From the NCBI GenBank assembly GCA_964016885.1, contig OZ024751.1, positions 43,772,001 to 43,836,000 of the forward strand: a DNA stretch of 64,000 nucleotides. The letters run 5' to 3'. How positions within the stretch are numbered: the stretch's first letter is position 1; the number at the start of each line of letters is the position of its first letter. The notes under the pieces were generated by a model that saw only the letters and a program-made list of their open reading frames with translations, had not been told where the DNA came from and ran no database searches. Below, piece after piece: positions 1 to 14,149 of this stretch. A program made the translations under genes and the position numbers. This DNA comes from Eledone cirrhosa (Eukaryota).

Positions 1-230
1 ACTACACAATCTTGTCACCTCTTCATATTTCTCCGTCTTTCATCTCGTCTAATGTGCTTTAGTTAGTTCGAATCGTGACACTAGTCAGTCTTTTTTTAAA
101 AAAACAAAAAAAAACAAAAAAAACTCTCATCCAGTTGAGTGAGAATTCTGTAAATTTTCGCAGTCGGCAGACCCCGTCCATTAACCCTGAAGACTTCAAG
201 AGGACACCAGAGCTGACTAGTGGTACAAAA

Positions 231-298
231 ATGAAGAAAAAACCCAACCTTACGCTACCTCCTTCCGTTGCGGAACCCCAGAATGATTGTTCTAACGA
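231..298 (+). CDS. MAP2K1: MEK1/2 exon 1 (MKKKPNLTLPPSVAEPQNDCSN..., ERK-docking D-domain)
   Basis: AAAATG start. The basic-x-LxL D-motif resembles the N-termini of MEK1 and Dsor1. Donor GA|GTAAGT at 299; phase 2 joins exon 2 in frame (GA+T = Asp). Confidence 0.85.
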
Positions 299-785
299 GT
301 AAGTACCTCTATTCCATACATCTTATTGACACCCACTCACTCATTATGAATATACATATATACATACATAAATCTATACAATACATACGTACTTACATAC
401 ATACATACATACACAAATATGAACAATATATACATACATAATTCTATACAATTCATACGTACTTACATACACAAATATGTACAATATATACATATGTACT
501 TACATACATACACAAATATGTACAATACATACATACATAAATCTATACAACACATACGTGCTTACATACATACACAAATATGTACAATACATACATACAT
601 ACATAAATGTATGCAATACACACATACGTACTTACATACATACACAAATATGTACAATACATACATACATAATTGTATGCAATACACACATACGTACGTA
701 CATACACATATTCTTACAAGCACTTGCCAATTTACACATACACATGTGTTAACGCTTTGACTTCACACACATCTGTGTGTGTATG

Positions 786-821
<36 letters not shown>

Positions 822-2854
822 TCTCTCTATATATATATGTGTGTGTATGTATATATACACACCCACGTAACTGTATCACACTTATGTATATCCATATATT
901 CACTTATAACAGTGTGTGTGTATAGTATTAAAGAAATTACGGTCGATTAACTAAAAATCGACAAATGAGATATTTGTATATCATCTAAATAATACTAGTA
1001 ATAATATTAATGATAATTATTATTATAACCATCATAACAGCAACATAAATTATTCATTTCTTAACCACCCACACAATAAAATATATATAAATTTTAAAAT
1101 AAAAAGGAATAAACAAAAATAAAGAGGGTGGGTGTGTGTGTAGGGAGGGGGTAGACCGTTGCATACAAACATATATTTATTAATAAACATTTTGTTTAAA
1201 TGTTTATTATTTAACCATATTTCGTTGTTACAAATATCATAGATAACATTAAAAATATGGATTTTCAACAGTGAAATAACTAAATAGGTGAAGAGAGGGT
1301 GGAAGAGAGAGAGATATAGACCGCCCACCCCCACCGTTGTCATTACCACTGCCACCTTCTCCGTTTACCACATTTCTCCTCACCACTGCTTGTTATATAG
1401 ATTCATTAAGTCCTCTTAATTAACGACATCAAATGCCTAATTAAGTTAGATATTTCAAACAACTGTTGGTTAGTTAGGTTTACCGCTTGCCATTGATACT
1501 TGCACTTTAGCACCCCTCTCTCTCTCTCTTCTCTCTCAAGCCACTCAGTAGTAGAGGAGGGGTGGGTCTTGCTGTTTATCTACATACACACATATATACA
1601 TACATACATACATACATACATACATACATACAACATACGAAATTGAGAGAGCTTCTAGTCGATCAAATTGCTAGAAACAGCAGCTGAAATTATATTCCTA
1701 CGGTTTTTAAAGAACGAAGGACACAACGTATTGTGTAAATCATTGATAAACCAAAATGACGCGATGTTCACAGGTAGAGCGCCTAGGGTTATAGGTCTGC
1801 TCAATCAGGTGTCTAGGGTGCTTTAATGAACTTACACTCTCGTGATCTCAAACCCAACACCCAAGCCACTCGGTTACACATCTTCACATATGAAGCATCA
1901 TAGATAGGCATGAAGGTCACAGCATCATTTTCTTCACTCTATCTTATGAAAAAAAAAAACAATCTGGGTTTCATACTTGGGTTCAAACACAGTACGTGTA
2001 TGCATACATATATACTTGTTCACATACATGTGTACACACACACACACACATACTTGTACACAGATATGCATTCATGGGCACATACATGCATGGACACACG
2101 CACACACCCAGGGATAGGAAAGAGGAGGAGGGAGAAATGTGGCTCTTTTTTCCAGTTGTAGAACTTATTCTTTGTGTGGACAACATTGATAACCTCTCTT
2201 CCCCTCTTTCACCTGTTGGACACACCCTATCATCATCAATATCATTGAACACCTGTTTTCTCTGTTAGCACGTGTTGAATGGCTCTTCACACACCAATCG
2301 GCAGAGTGGGCTGGGGAACCTGCATCTCGCACACGTTCCTGCACTCTGCCGAGTGCATTTTATCATGGCACCTACACAAGAGAGGTTGTCATGTCTATGG
2401 CATAACTGAATGGTCTTCCAAACCCTTTGTTTGGCAGGATTTTTATGATTGGATGCCTTTCCTATTAACTTCTTTACAGTGTGTACTGGGTACGTTTATC
2501 ATGTAAATCACCAACACTAGAGAGGTTGTTGTGCCATGAGAATTGGCGACATGCTGTACTGCAGATCTGCCTGCCAGCATAAGATGTGACTTGACTCATC
2601 CACATGCACCCACCTCCACTAACACTCCTCTCATAAAAGATCAGACAATTGCTATTGCTTGTGATCCCAGTGTGTGGGGTTGATTAATTATCTATATCTA
2701 TCTATTTGGCGTTAGGAAGGGCATCCAGCTGTAGAAACCAAGCCAAAGTCCTGTGTGAGTGAAACATGGTCCTCTGACCTGATCTCTTCCAAAGGGACAA
2801 CCCGTCCTACCCATGCTAGCATGGAAAATGGACGTTAAACAATGATGATGACCT

Positions 2855-3830
2855 ATAGAGAAGCAAAGCACACAAAGAAGCTGAAAATAGGAAGATTACC
2901 AATGTCCTGTGATGGGAGGATTGGAGGCATGAGGTGTTCCACATCCTAAAGCAGTGTGCCAGTGTGAATCAGGATTTAGTTGGGGAACAGTGTGTTTGAA
3001 ATGACACCAGTGTACTTAGCATCACTGATGCTCAAATTAAAAAGGTCTGGAAATGGTACTGTGAGAGGAGGAGAATGAGTGGTAGGAAGAGAAACTACGC
3101 TCAACAGACCCAACAGAGGGACCAGTTATCATAATTGACAATTGTAATGTCAAGGAAGCAATCAAAGAGATGAAAAATGGTAAAACCGTCAGAGATAGTC
3201 ACTGAGATGTTAAAATTGGCTGGGGAAGTAGGTGTTGAACTAGTCAGTCAGGTAATACAGGATATGGTCATACCCAATGACTATAGTAGTAGTAGTAGTA
3301 TGTTCAATCACTGTTACAATGGGAAAGGTGATGTGCTAGACAGGAGCATAAAACTGCTGTACTAAGTTACGAATGTGATAAAAAGAATAGGTTTTAGCTA
3401 TGTTTTAGCCACTACATTGAACTTTCGTTGATCTGGAGAAGGCTTTGATAAATCTTTTATTTGCTTGTTTTTAAAGAAACTAGTTGTAGAAAGAGTGGCT
3501 TGGGAGAGCAGTGCAGAGGAGCTGTCAGTAAAGTGTGTTTAGTGAGGAATTCTATGTGTAGGTAGGTGTTCATCAGGGTTCAGTCTTTAGCCCACTTCAG
3601 GTTGTTATAGTTCTCCAGACCATAATAGAGGAGTTTAAGACTGGCTGCCCATGGGAACCTCTATGCTGACAACCTGGTTCTTATAGCTGAATTTCTGGAA
3701 GAGCCTGAAAAGAAATTCCAGTTGTGGAAACAGAAATTAGAATCAAAAGAGCTTAGTCAACTTGGTAGAAACATGACCCTGAACCCATCAGGGAGGTGGC
3801 ATTGTTTGATATGTAAAAAAGTATATATAT
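2855..3830 (+). mobile_element. Decayed RTE-clade LINE reverse transcriptase fragment
   Basis: Frameshifted motifs FVDLEKA(FD), VGVHQGSVFSPL and LYADNLVLIAE (YADD-like), with many stops. Confidence 0.75.
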
Positions 3831-4309
3831 AAGTAGTTCCACAACAGTTTGTTCACCGTACCAAGAACAAATATTTCACCTTATGCGGATCCACAGCTTT
3901 AATGTCTATTTTTCATTATTTGCAATGGATTAGATGGGTTGCCATGTACCGAGACTTAAGCAGATCAAGTGACCATGTGTTGCTCGTATATTCCATTTTG
4001 GTTTGGTTTTTACAGCTGGATACCCTTCCAAATGCCAAGTACTTTACAATGTGTACTGGGAGCAACACTACCACTTCACAACAATATTAAGGCCCTTGTT
4101 CTCTTGGCTAGGCTGGTTTGATATTGGTTCCAATGATGGGTGTATACCAGTTGTTTGATCAAACAAACAGCCTGCTGCACATGAAATTAACGTGTAAGAA
4201 GCTGAGCATTCCTCTGGGACTGTGCACCCTCAACATAGTTCCTCGGGGAGCTTCAGCATGACACAATATGTGACAAGGCTGTCCCTTTAAATTACAAGTT
4301 ATTCTCCTC

Positions 4310-4615
4310 AGCTGAGATCAGTCACTCCAGGTAGAGCTGCTACTTCTCTGAATTGAAAGATAACAGCTCTGGTACTATGGGCATATGGTTAGGTCTCAAG
4401 AAAGAATTGCTGGACAGATTTTACAGGCCAAACCAATTAGCAGGAGTAGATCCTGAGCAAGATGGTTGGATAATATCCATGAGCTTGGCTGGTCTTGCTT
4501 GGGAATCCAGCCAGATCCATTGGAAATGGTTGCTTCTGACAGGATCCGCTGGAAGGAATGTTTGAGGACACTGTTCCCATGACTCTCTCAGGAATAAGTG
4601 GGCAAAGAAGAAGAC
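4310..4615 (+). mobile_element. RTE-like LINE 3' end fragment
   Basis: RWLDNI...ASDRIRWKECL-type ORF2 C-terminus; related to the inverted copy at 47230..47680. Confidence 0.6.
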
Positions 4616-6719
4616 TGTACTGGAGCAACAGGGAAATAAAATGTCTTGCTCGAGGATACTATGTACTGCCTAGTCCAGGAATTCGAACTCCTGACTTTAC
4701 GATTGCGAGCTCAACACCCTAACCACTAGGCTTTGTGCTTCCATATAGTTTCCATCTACCTAATCCACCCACAAGGAATTCTAGAGAAGTATAAAACAGT
4801 ACTATTAAAGTTAAAGTCTATTCTAAGCTGAAGGCTCATCAGGCCAGTGTTTATCCTTGGTTTCCTTGCCATTAAGTGACTGAGAATACAAGACTCTCCC
4901 TGGATAGCTACTGTTGGTACTCATCTCAGCTGATCATACAGGAGCAACATGAAATAAAGTGTTTTGCTCAAGAACCCAACACGGCAGCCTGTCCAGAAAT
5001 CGAACCGATGGCGTTACAGTTATACATCAAACATCCTAACCATTAGTCTTTACTCTTCTAATACTGCATGCAAAGTCTCATAATCTGTTCATAAATGTTT
5101 GAATAAACAAATCCTTGTTTTGATATTTTTCTGCTAAATCATTACAGGATATTAAGAGTTAAGTTGGTAGGATGTATTAAGTTGGTTTAAGTGTGAAAAT
5201 ACTGTAAACATTTGTATTAACCACATGACAGCATATCATCAGAAAGACATTCTTGAAAAATACTGTGTCTGTATCATATTAAAAATAAGTTTACTACAAC
5301 ATTTTCATGGAGACCTCTACATACTATAAACATTTGAATTAACAAATTTTTTATGTATTTTCTCCTAAATCGTTACAGGATGTGAAGATTTAATATACAA
5401 TATTCTATTCTATTGTAGAAAGGAAGAGAGATAAAATAAAGACAACCTTTTATTGCTAATAGATCTGTATTCACTATATTTCTCTGCCATACTCTATAAC
5501 TATCATCATAATACCCCCTCCTTGTACTGTCTGAGGTCACCCCTGTCAAATCCTACCACATTTGTTTATATACCTATAACACCATACTAACCTTCCTCCT
5601 TTACCCATTGGGTTGTTTGTCCTCTACAGTTTAGTCAATGGTTGACAACCCCTCTAGTGCTGGTGCCACCAAAAATACACCCAGTGTACCCTGTAAGGTG
5701 GCTGGTGATAGGATGGGAATCCCACTGTGGAAACCATGCCAAAAGGGGGTTGAGAGGACTTGTCAGTCATGTCAAGGGCACAACAACCCTCTCTAGTGTT
5801 GATCTACATAAGCACACCCAGTACACTCTGTAAAGTGGTTGGTGATAGGAAGGTGATCATAACTGTAAAAGGCTTGCTAAACAAAGGTTAAGATTCTTCA
5901 GTTGTGACAAAGACATGACAATCTCCGTATTGCTGGTGATTTACATGATAAACACACCCAGTACACTCTGTAAAGTGGTTGTTGATAGGAAGTGCAAGAC
6001 AGCAGTAGAATGCTTGTTGAACAAAGGTTCAAAAAGACTCTTGAGTTGTGGCAGACATAACAATTTCCCTAGTGCTGGTGCCATGGTAAAATGTACAGTC
6101 GAGTGCTGGAATGTATGTATGTGAGATGCAGGCCCCTGGGCCATCAAACAGGTCAGTATCTACACTGGAGTACTGACTCAGTCTTTGAAGATCTATCCAA
6201 ACCCTGTTAGCAAGGAAGACAGATGTTAAAATGATGATGATGATGAAAAGGAACTCTTTTCAGTGCAAAATGGCGGAATATTTAAGAAGATAGCCTCGCA
6301 ACCATAAAGTCCCAGGTGTGATCCCTCTGTGACATCTAGGTCCATTGTCTTTTATAATAAGCCTTGAGTCACTTAGTATCTTGGGAGGGGAATTGGGTTG
6401 ACAGAGAGTGTGTGGATGTCCAACAGAAACACTGCATCGGTAATTGAAAGGGCCAGCTTTGTCACTCACTGACTGTCATGTTTCTGCCTAAGAATTTATG
6501 TTAAGGCTCACATGTGTCTGTGGAATACTCAGTCACTCGAATAACTAATAGGGGTCCATTTTCCTTTAGAAGAACCCTTCATTGCAAACGTGTGTATATT
6601 TAATATCTGTATTTCACTGTCATACTCTGAACCCTCTTACACGCACGTGCACACACACACGCACACACACACATGCACACACACACACACATGCACACAC
6701 AGACACACACAGACACACA

Positions 6720-6822
<103 letters not shown>

Positions 6823-7342
6823 TATAATAGTTTCACCTGTGAGTATACAGGTGAAACTCCAGAGTAACAAGACTCACCACTTAGCCATAATAATGAATAT
6901 TACTAAACTCTACTTCGGTATTGAGTACGCATTGTCACGTCCTTCAACATCACAATATATGTGTGTGTGTGTGTTTGTATGTGTTTATTTATCCATGTGT
7001 GTGCGTGTGTATATATGTATATATATATATATATATGCACACACATAATATATCATCACCGTTTTACGTCCGCTCTTCCACGCTAGCATGGGTGTATATA
7101 TATATATATATATATATAGTAAACGTGGTTGGTGTTAGGAAGGGCATCCAACTGTAGAAAACCCGCCAGACAGTCCTATGTGAGCAAGACAACCACTCTT
7201 GCCTCAAGTGGGAAAACTCCCGTCCAAACCCATCCAAGCGTGGAACATGGACGTTAAACGATGATGATGATGATATAATGGGACAAATCCGTCTAACCCA
7301 TGCTAGCCCGGAAAATAGATGTTATATATATATATATATATA

Positions 7343-7558
7343 TACGATATTAAATAAATGGAAACTATATTTATAAAACCATATTTATTTCATTATATAT
7401 ATTTCAGGGATATCATATTAACAATATGTTATGCCTTCTTCAGACAAAATACAATATAGACAGTTTTTGTCTGAAGAAGGCATAACATATTGTTAATATG
7501 ATATCCCTGAAATATATATAATGAAATAAATATGGTTTTATAAATATAGTTTCCATTT
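7343..7558. mobile_element. Inverted pair of putative Penelope-like pLTRs (94-bp perfect stem); right arm interrupted by SINE A and resuming at ~7902
   Basis: 7356..7449 is the exact reverse complement of 7465..7558. TACGATATTAAAT pairs with ATTTAATATCGTA after the SINE. The element abuts (TA)n and each arm contains a hammerhead motif. Confidence 0.7.
7465..7526 (+). ncRNA. Minimal type I hammerhead ribozyme motif (mirror copy on - at 7388..7449)
   Basis: Helix I UUUUGU/AUGAAA, CUGAAGA at 7471, helix II AGG..CAUAU-UGUUA-AUAUG..CCU, GAAA at 7509, palindromic helix III AUAUAUAU, AUA cleavage triplet ending at 7520. Confidence 0.7.
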
Positions 7559-7900
7559 GGAAGCACATGGCTTAGTGGTTAGAGCATTGGGCTTGCAATC
7601 GAAAGGTTGTGAGTTCAATTCTCAGACCGGGTGATGTGTTGTTTCCTTGAGCAAGACACTTTATTTCACATTGCTCCAGTTTACTCAGCTGTAGAAATGA
7701 GATGATAGGGACTGGGGTCCCTATCATTCCACTGCAAAGTGGTCGTGTAGGTGCCACGGCAAAAAAGCACCCAGCACTCACTGTAAATGAGGTTGGTGTT
7801 AGGAAGAGCATCCAGCTGTAAAAATCAAGCCAGAATCAGTTCCCGTCCCACCCTTGCAAGCAGGGAGAAGCGGACGTAAAATGATGATGATGATGATGAT
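7559..7900 (+). mobile_element. Full-length tRNA-derived SINE, family A
   Basis: A-box TGGCTTAGTGG and B-box GAGTTCAATTC, CORE-like CCTTGAGCAAGACACTT, internal hairpin ATGATAGGGAC-TGGG-GTCCCTATCAT, GGAAGxGCATCCAGCTGTA block and (ATG)n tail. Confidence 0.85.
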
Positions 7901-8001
7901 TTATTTAATATCGTAAATATACTCCAAATACTTGTTGAGTGCTTTTATATCAGTTATAAATATTTACTAGTTGTAACCCAACAATTTAAATACAACTTTC
8001 C

Positions 8002-8036
<35 letters not shown>

Positions 8037-8044
8037 TATATCAT

Positions 8045-8310
8045 TTCACGAAAGAGTTATGGTAAGGAACCAGATGGACCATAACGCACCAGAGTACTCA
8101 ATACTTAGGGTAGTAGAGAGGGTAATAGGAGAAAGTATGACCCCCGACGGCAGAGCTCAAGCCGTTTCGACGGCCATTTCTGGACTGTCCAGAAATAGCC
8201 GACGAAACGGCTTGAGCCCTGCCGTCGGGGTCATACTTTCTCCTATATATATATATATATATATAGTGCGTTATGGTCCACCTGGTTCCTTACCACATTT
8301 CCTTCGTTAT
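8045..8310. repeat. Foldback element: ~60-bp-arm palindrome (8125..8246) inside outer ~30-bp inverted repeats
   Basis: ATAGGAGAAAGTATGACCCC...TGGAC-T-GTCCA...GGGGTCATACTTTCTCCTAT. Outer pair TGGTAAGGAACCAG.TGGACCATAACGCAC and its reverse complement. Confidence 0.8.
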
Positions 8311-8402
8311 ATAGTTATATATAGATATATACATAACTATTAAGCTCTGTTACTTACATAGAGCACTCTTTTTTCCTGGACTTTTCCGACGGAATTACTT
8401 CA

Positions 8403-8462
<60 letters not shown>

Positions 8463-8737
8463 AGGGGTGTATATGAAAGCATATGTATGTTTATGTATAA
8501 TAAATATACAAGAGTCTCGGTTGTACACAATACCCACAGGCGTAGGTATTAGGCGGTGCCTAAGCATGGCCAAAGTCAAAGACAGGAATCAGTAAAAGAA
8601 TATATATAATATATCACATATCTTCCATGTATTGTATGTTTGTGTTGTTTTTACGTAAATCTATTGTTGTTTATGCTATAACCCCCCCTCCTCCCCCGGC
8701 TTTCTTTTAATCACTGTCACTGAGTGTCTTTCACACT

Positions 8738-9850
8738 CAGTCTCTCTTGTAAACACTCTCTCTGTCTCTCTCTCTCTTGTAAACACTGTCTTTCTCTTGT
8801 AAACACACTCTCTCTGTCTCTCTCTTGTAAACACTCTCTCTGTCTTTCTCTTGTAAACACACTCTCTCTGTCTCTCTCTTGTAAACACACTCTCTCTGTC
8901 TCTCTCTTGTAAACACTCTCTCTGTCTTTCTCTTGTAAACACTCTCTCTGTCTCTCTCTCTCTCTTGTAAACATACTCTCTCTGTCTCTCTCTTGTAAAC
9001 ACTCTCTCTGTCTCTCTCTCTCTCTTGTAAACATACTCTCTCTGTCTTTCTCTTGTAAACACACTCTCTCTGTCTTTCTCTTGTAAACACTCTCTCTGTC
9101 TCTCTCTCTCTTGTAAACACACTCTCTCTGTCTCTCTCTTGTAAACACTCTCTCTGTCTCTCTCTTGTAAACACTCTCTCTGTCTCTCTCTTGTAAACAC
9201 ACTCTCTCTGTCTCTCTCTTGTAAACACTCTCTCTGTCTTTCTCTTGTAAACACACTCTCTCTGTCTCTCTCTCTTGTAAACACACTCTCTCTCTGTCTC
9301 TCTCTCTTGTAAACACACTCTCTCTCTGTCTTTCTCTCTTGTAAACACACTCTCTCTGTCTCTCTCTCTTGTAAACACACTCTCTCTCTGTCTCTCTCTC
9401 TTGTAAACACACTCTCTCTCTGTCTTTCTCTCTTGTAAACACACTCTCTCTGTCTTTCTCTTGTAAACACACTCTCTCTGTCTCTCTCTTGTAAACTCTC
9501 TGTCTCTCTCTTGTAAACTCTCTCTCTCTCTTGTAAACACACTCTCTCTGTCTTTCTCTCTTGTAAACACACTCTCTCTGTCTTTCTCTCTTGTAAACAC
9601 ACTCTCTCTGTCTTTCTCTTATAAACACACTCTCTCTGTCTTTCTCTTGTAAACACTCTCTCTCTGTCTTTCTCTTGTAAACACTCTCTCTCTGTCTCTC
9701 TCTCTTGTAAACACACTCTCTCTGTCTCTCTCTCTTGTAAACACACTCTCTCTGTCTCTCTCTCTCTTGTAAACACACTCTCTCTGTCTCTCTCTCTTGT
9801 AAACACTCTCTCTCTCTCTCTCTCTTGTAAACACACTCTCTCTCTCTCTT
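8738..9850. repeat. Compound (CT)n/CTTGTAAACACA minisatellite, ~30-bp variable unit
   Basis: Direct inspection; source of the spurious RERQRECVYK ORFs. Confidence 0.9.
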
Positions 9851-10019
9851 GCACACTCATTCTCTTTCTACATCTCTCTCTCTCTCGCACATTTATTCTC
9901 TTTCCTAATTCCTTTCTCTCACACTATCCCCGTGTATGTCACTCTTTCTCTCTTTCCCATTTCATCTATCTCTCTCACCACGCACACATACTATATCTGT
10001 CACTCTCTCCAATTTTCTC

Positions 10020-10131
10020 ACCACACACACACATAATCTACCATACACACTCTCTTACCACACACTCTCCCATCTCTCTCTCTCACCACACACTCTCCCA
10101 TCTCTCTCTCTCACCACGCACACACGCGCGC

Positions 10132-10197
<66 letters not shown>

Positions 10198-10780
10198 TCT
10201 GTCATACTCTCACATACACACACACGCACGCACTCCCATCTCTCACACGCACACTCTCCCATCTCTCACTACACACACACAATCTGTCATACTCTCTCAC
10301 ATACACACGCACGCACACTCTCTCCCATCTCTCACCACACACACACAATCTGTCATACTCTCACATACACACGCACTCCCATCTCTCACCACACACACGC
10401 ACGCACACTCTCCCATCTCTCACCACACACACACACAATCTGCCATACTCTCTCACATACACACACACGCACACTCTCCCATCTCTCACCACACACACAC
10501 ACACACAATCTGCCATACTCTCTCACATACACACGCACGCACACTCTCCCATCTCTCACCACACACACACACAATCTGCCATACTCTTTCACATACACAC
10601 GCACGCACACTCTCTCCCATCTCTCACCACACACACACACTCTCTCCCATCTCTCACCACACACACACACACAATCTGCCATACTCTCACATACACACGC
10701 ACACTCTCTCCCATCTCTCACCACACACACACAATCTGTCACACTCTCTCACACTCTCTCCCATCACACACATACACACA
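10020..10780. repeat. CA/CT-rich compound repeat
   Basis: Recurrent CTCTCCCATCTCTCACCACACAC and AATCTGCCATACTCTC units. Confidence 0.85.
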
Positions 10781-11302
10781 TTATGTCATACCGTCACAGC
10801 TCACCCAACTTGTGCTGTTTATCAATAATAAATTCTTAACAACCACCACGCCCCCCATCATCACCACCACCACCACCACCCAGCCGCCGCCGCTCTAGTC
10901 AAACTGCTACAACACACAACATACTTGTAATAAGCACGTGTAGAAGAGAGGAGAGCAGAGTAAGCTATACTATCGTGCTGCCATCTTTACTATTATAAAC
11001 CACAAGACATCTCCGGGATGCTGTTTGTTGGTGCCAATTATTCTTACCCATCCGTTTCCGATTTCGCGTCTTTTACCATTTTATTATTCCGTCTTGGAGT
11101 TCACTGACAGCAATTTAACATCAATTAATTTAATTTAATTTAGTTAGGTAGGCAAAACAGGCATCAAAGCCATTTCTTCACTCTTCTATCATATTATTCT
11201 TTTAAAATATATACATTTTTTTTTTTACTATTTAATTATTTTTAATTGATATTCTGATATTTTTTCATTTTTCATATATTTTCATTGGAAACAAAAAAGA
11301 GT

Positions 11303-11335
<33 letters not shown>

Positions 11336-11548
11336 ATAGCTATAAAAAATATGTATAAGGATTATTTATATATATATATGTGTGTGTGTGTGTGTATAGC
11401 TATAAAAAATATATATAAGGATTATTTATATATATATATATATGTGTGTGTGTATGTATAGCTATAAGAATATATATAAGGATTATATATATATATATAT
11501 ATATATAGTGTGTGTATAACTATAAAAATATACAGTATGTAAATAGGA

Positions 11549-11585
<37 letters not shown>

Positions 11586-11790
11586 CTTCAAACATTTTAT
11601 ATTAAAGACACGACTGTCTGTTCAATCATTTTTTTAAATTTTATTTTTTATTAATCCCCCATAAAAAGAAAACGACTTAAACATATATGTGTGTGTGTGT
11701 TGAACAATGAAAATAAAACAAAAGTCGAAGATAGGTTGGTAATTAGTTCATTGTTTTACGTTCGTTTCAGAGAGTGATTGATCATGGTAG

Positions 11791-11902
<112 letters not shown>

Positions 11903-12232
11903 CCATACCGTCTTTAAAACGTGGTGAAGTAGACCTGTTCATCCATTGTCTAGTGTGGAGTGTATGTATAATAACTTAAGGTAGATTTGGCTGTTATTTC
12001 TAGCAGACGGAGCTATTCCTCCCCCACTACCACCTCCTCACGTAGACGTTCGCTCGCTTGAGATAATAAATATATGTCTGACATCATCTGTAAGTCACAA
12101 CAACATCACATCATGTTGTTCTGGTTATTGCAGCTAGCTGCAGTTAAATAAGGAGGAATAATATTAAACAGACTGACATGTGTCAATTCAATCCAAACAA
12201 CCGCGTATTCGGCAGTATGGCAGTTTTAATTG

Positions 12233-12271
<39 letters not shown>

Positions 12272-12392
12272 ATATCTTTATTGTTTATTTATATAATGAG
12301 TTTTTTTTTTTAAAAACATCGCAAAAACACCCCCAAAACAAAGCAAAACAACATATTTCTAAAATCCCAAACAATAATTTATTATATTCTAA

Positions 12393-12956
12393 ATAATGTT
12401 TCTACTTTTGGCACAAGGCCAGCAATAATCCAGTACATTACTGGTACTTTATTCTATCGACCCCGTAAGGATGAAAGGCAAAGTTAACCTCGGCGGGATT
12501 TGAACTCAGATTATATTTTAAATAATGATTTCTGATTTAAGCACAAGGCCAGCAATGTTTTAGGGAGAGCGGAAAGTCGATTAAATCGACTCAGTGTGTT
12601 ACTGGTATTCTATTTTATCGACCTCGTAATGACGAAAGGCAAAGCTAACCTATTCTAAATAATTGTTTCTACTTTAGGCACAAGGGCAGCAATTACCCAG
12701 TGCATTACTGGTACTTTATTTGATCGACCCCGTAAGGATGAAAGGCAAAGTCAACCTCAAATAATGGTTTCTGATTTAAGCACAAGGGAAAGTCGGTTAA
12801 ATCGACACAGTGCATTACTGGTACTTTATTTTATCGACCCCGTAAGGATGAAAGGCAAAGTTAAACTCGGTGGGATTTGAACTCAGAACGTAAAGGGGTG
12901 TAACCCTATGCCATGAAGCATGGTGTCCGACGCTCTACCGTTTCTGCCAATCCACT
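12393..12956 (-). mobile_element. Tandem cluster of SINE family B copies
   Basis: Four repeats of GGCACAAGG...CTGGTACTTTATT..ATCGACCCCGTAAGGATGAAAGGCAAAG; the last copy carries the head. Confidence 0.8.
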
Positions 12957-14149
12957 AAATAATATTTAGTTTTAAGCGATACAAGTTTTCTGGAAAGTGA
13001 CAGAAGGCTCGAATTATTTATTGAATTGCACAGAAAATCGATTACCGCTGCTAGGATTTAATAATTGTCGACACAAACGGAGTGAAAGTGGCAGTAATGA
13101 GGTCTCGTGTTCTATTTCTCTCTCTAAGGATCTTTTACATAATCCGCTGATAGATCGATAGATCGAAACATTGGTGTTTGTCAATTTGATCAAGCAAGCA
13201 AGCAGACCTTATGGTTCAAAAGCATTGTTTCGACCATGACCATCCTGCCTTAGTTTACAGGTATAATGTAGCGAGGGCTACATTATACCTGTAAACGTTC
13301 TCCTTCCATTTAAAAAAAAAAAAAAAAGATTTAAAGGCAATTTAGCTGCTATGTTTAGCAGTTCAAGCGATCACATAGAGACCCCCCCTCTCTCACTTTA
13401 TTTGGTCAATAAAACCTCAAGACCTTGTTATTTAGCCTCAGGTCAATGGTAATCGATTAGGCTAATATTTAAGGTATTCCAACCATGACTATCCCGTCCT
13501 TTTTTTAAAAATAAGAACCTAGGATTACGTAAACTAATAATATACTGTTTTCACATTAAAACAGTGAGCTGTAATGTAGATAAGACTTGGCTGCTATTTC
13601 TAGCAAGCCAAAGGGCCACCTTGCCACTCCCTGCCCCAAGTCAATCCTGAACGACCAAAGACATTTCCAACCATGACCATCGCCGCCTTTTTCTTTTTTT
13701 TTTTTTAAAGACATTCTGTTGTTAGGACTGTTATTTAGTGTTCCCTTTTAATTTTAAGATAAGATGTAGCTGCTATTTCTAGCAGATCTAGTGGCTACGT
13801 CATGGACCATGTCTGTTACGTCACGGGTTATTCGCTAGTGCATGCATGTATGTCTCGGTTTATGTATGTATGCTTGTGTATACGTATGTATACGTGCGTA
13901 TGTATGTATACGTATGTATGTACGTGTATTTGTGTATGCATGTATGTACGTGTATTTGTGTATGCATGTATCTCTGTTTTTGTATGTGTGTGTGTGTGTG
14001 TGTGTGTGTATTCGTGCATGTATCTTTGTGCATATGTTTGTATGTGTATGCCGTATATAGCTGTGTGTTGGTGCTGGACAGTAATGGTGGTAGTATATGT
14101 AGTATTATGATAGTGGCGGTGTTGTGGTGTTGATGTAGTAGTGATGGTG

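Noticed and set aside
52-66. 4-codon upstream ORF before the MEK start
   Set aside because: The transcription start is unknown and such short ORFs are expected by chance.
7559-7630. tRNA gene
   Set aside because: A/B boxes continue into a SINE body and tail; no complete cloverleaf.
8676-10898. 300-400-aa RERQ/HT-rich ORFs
   Set aside because: Compound microsatellites.
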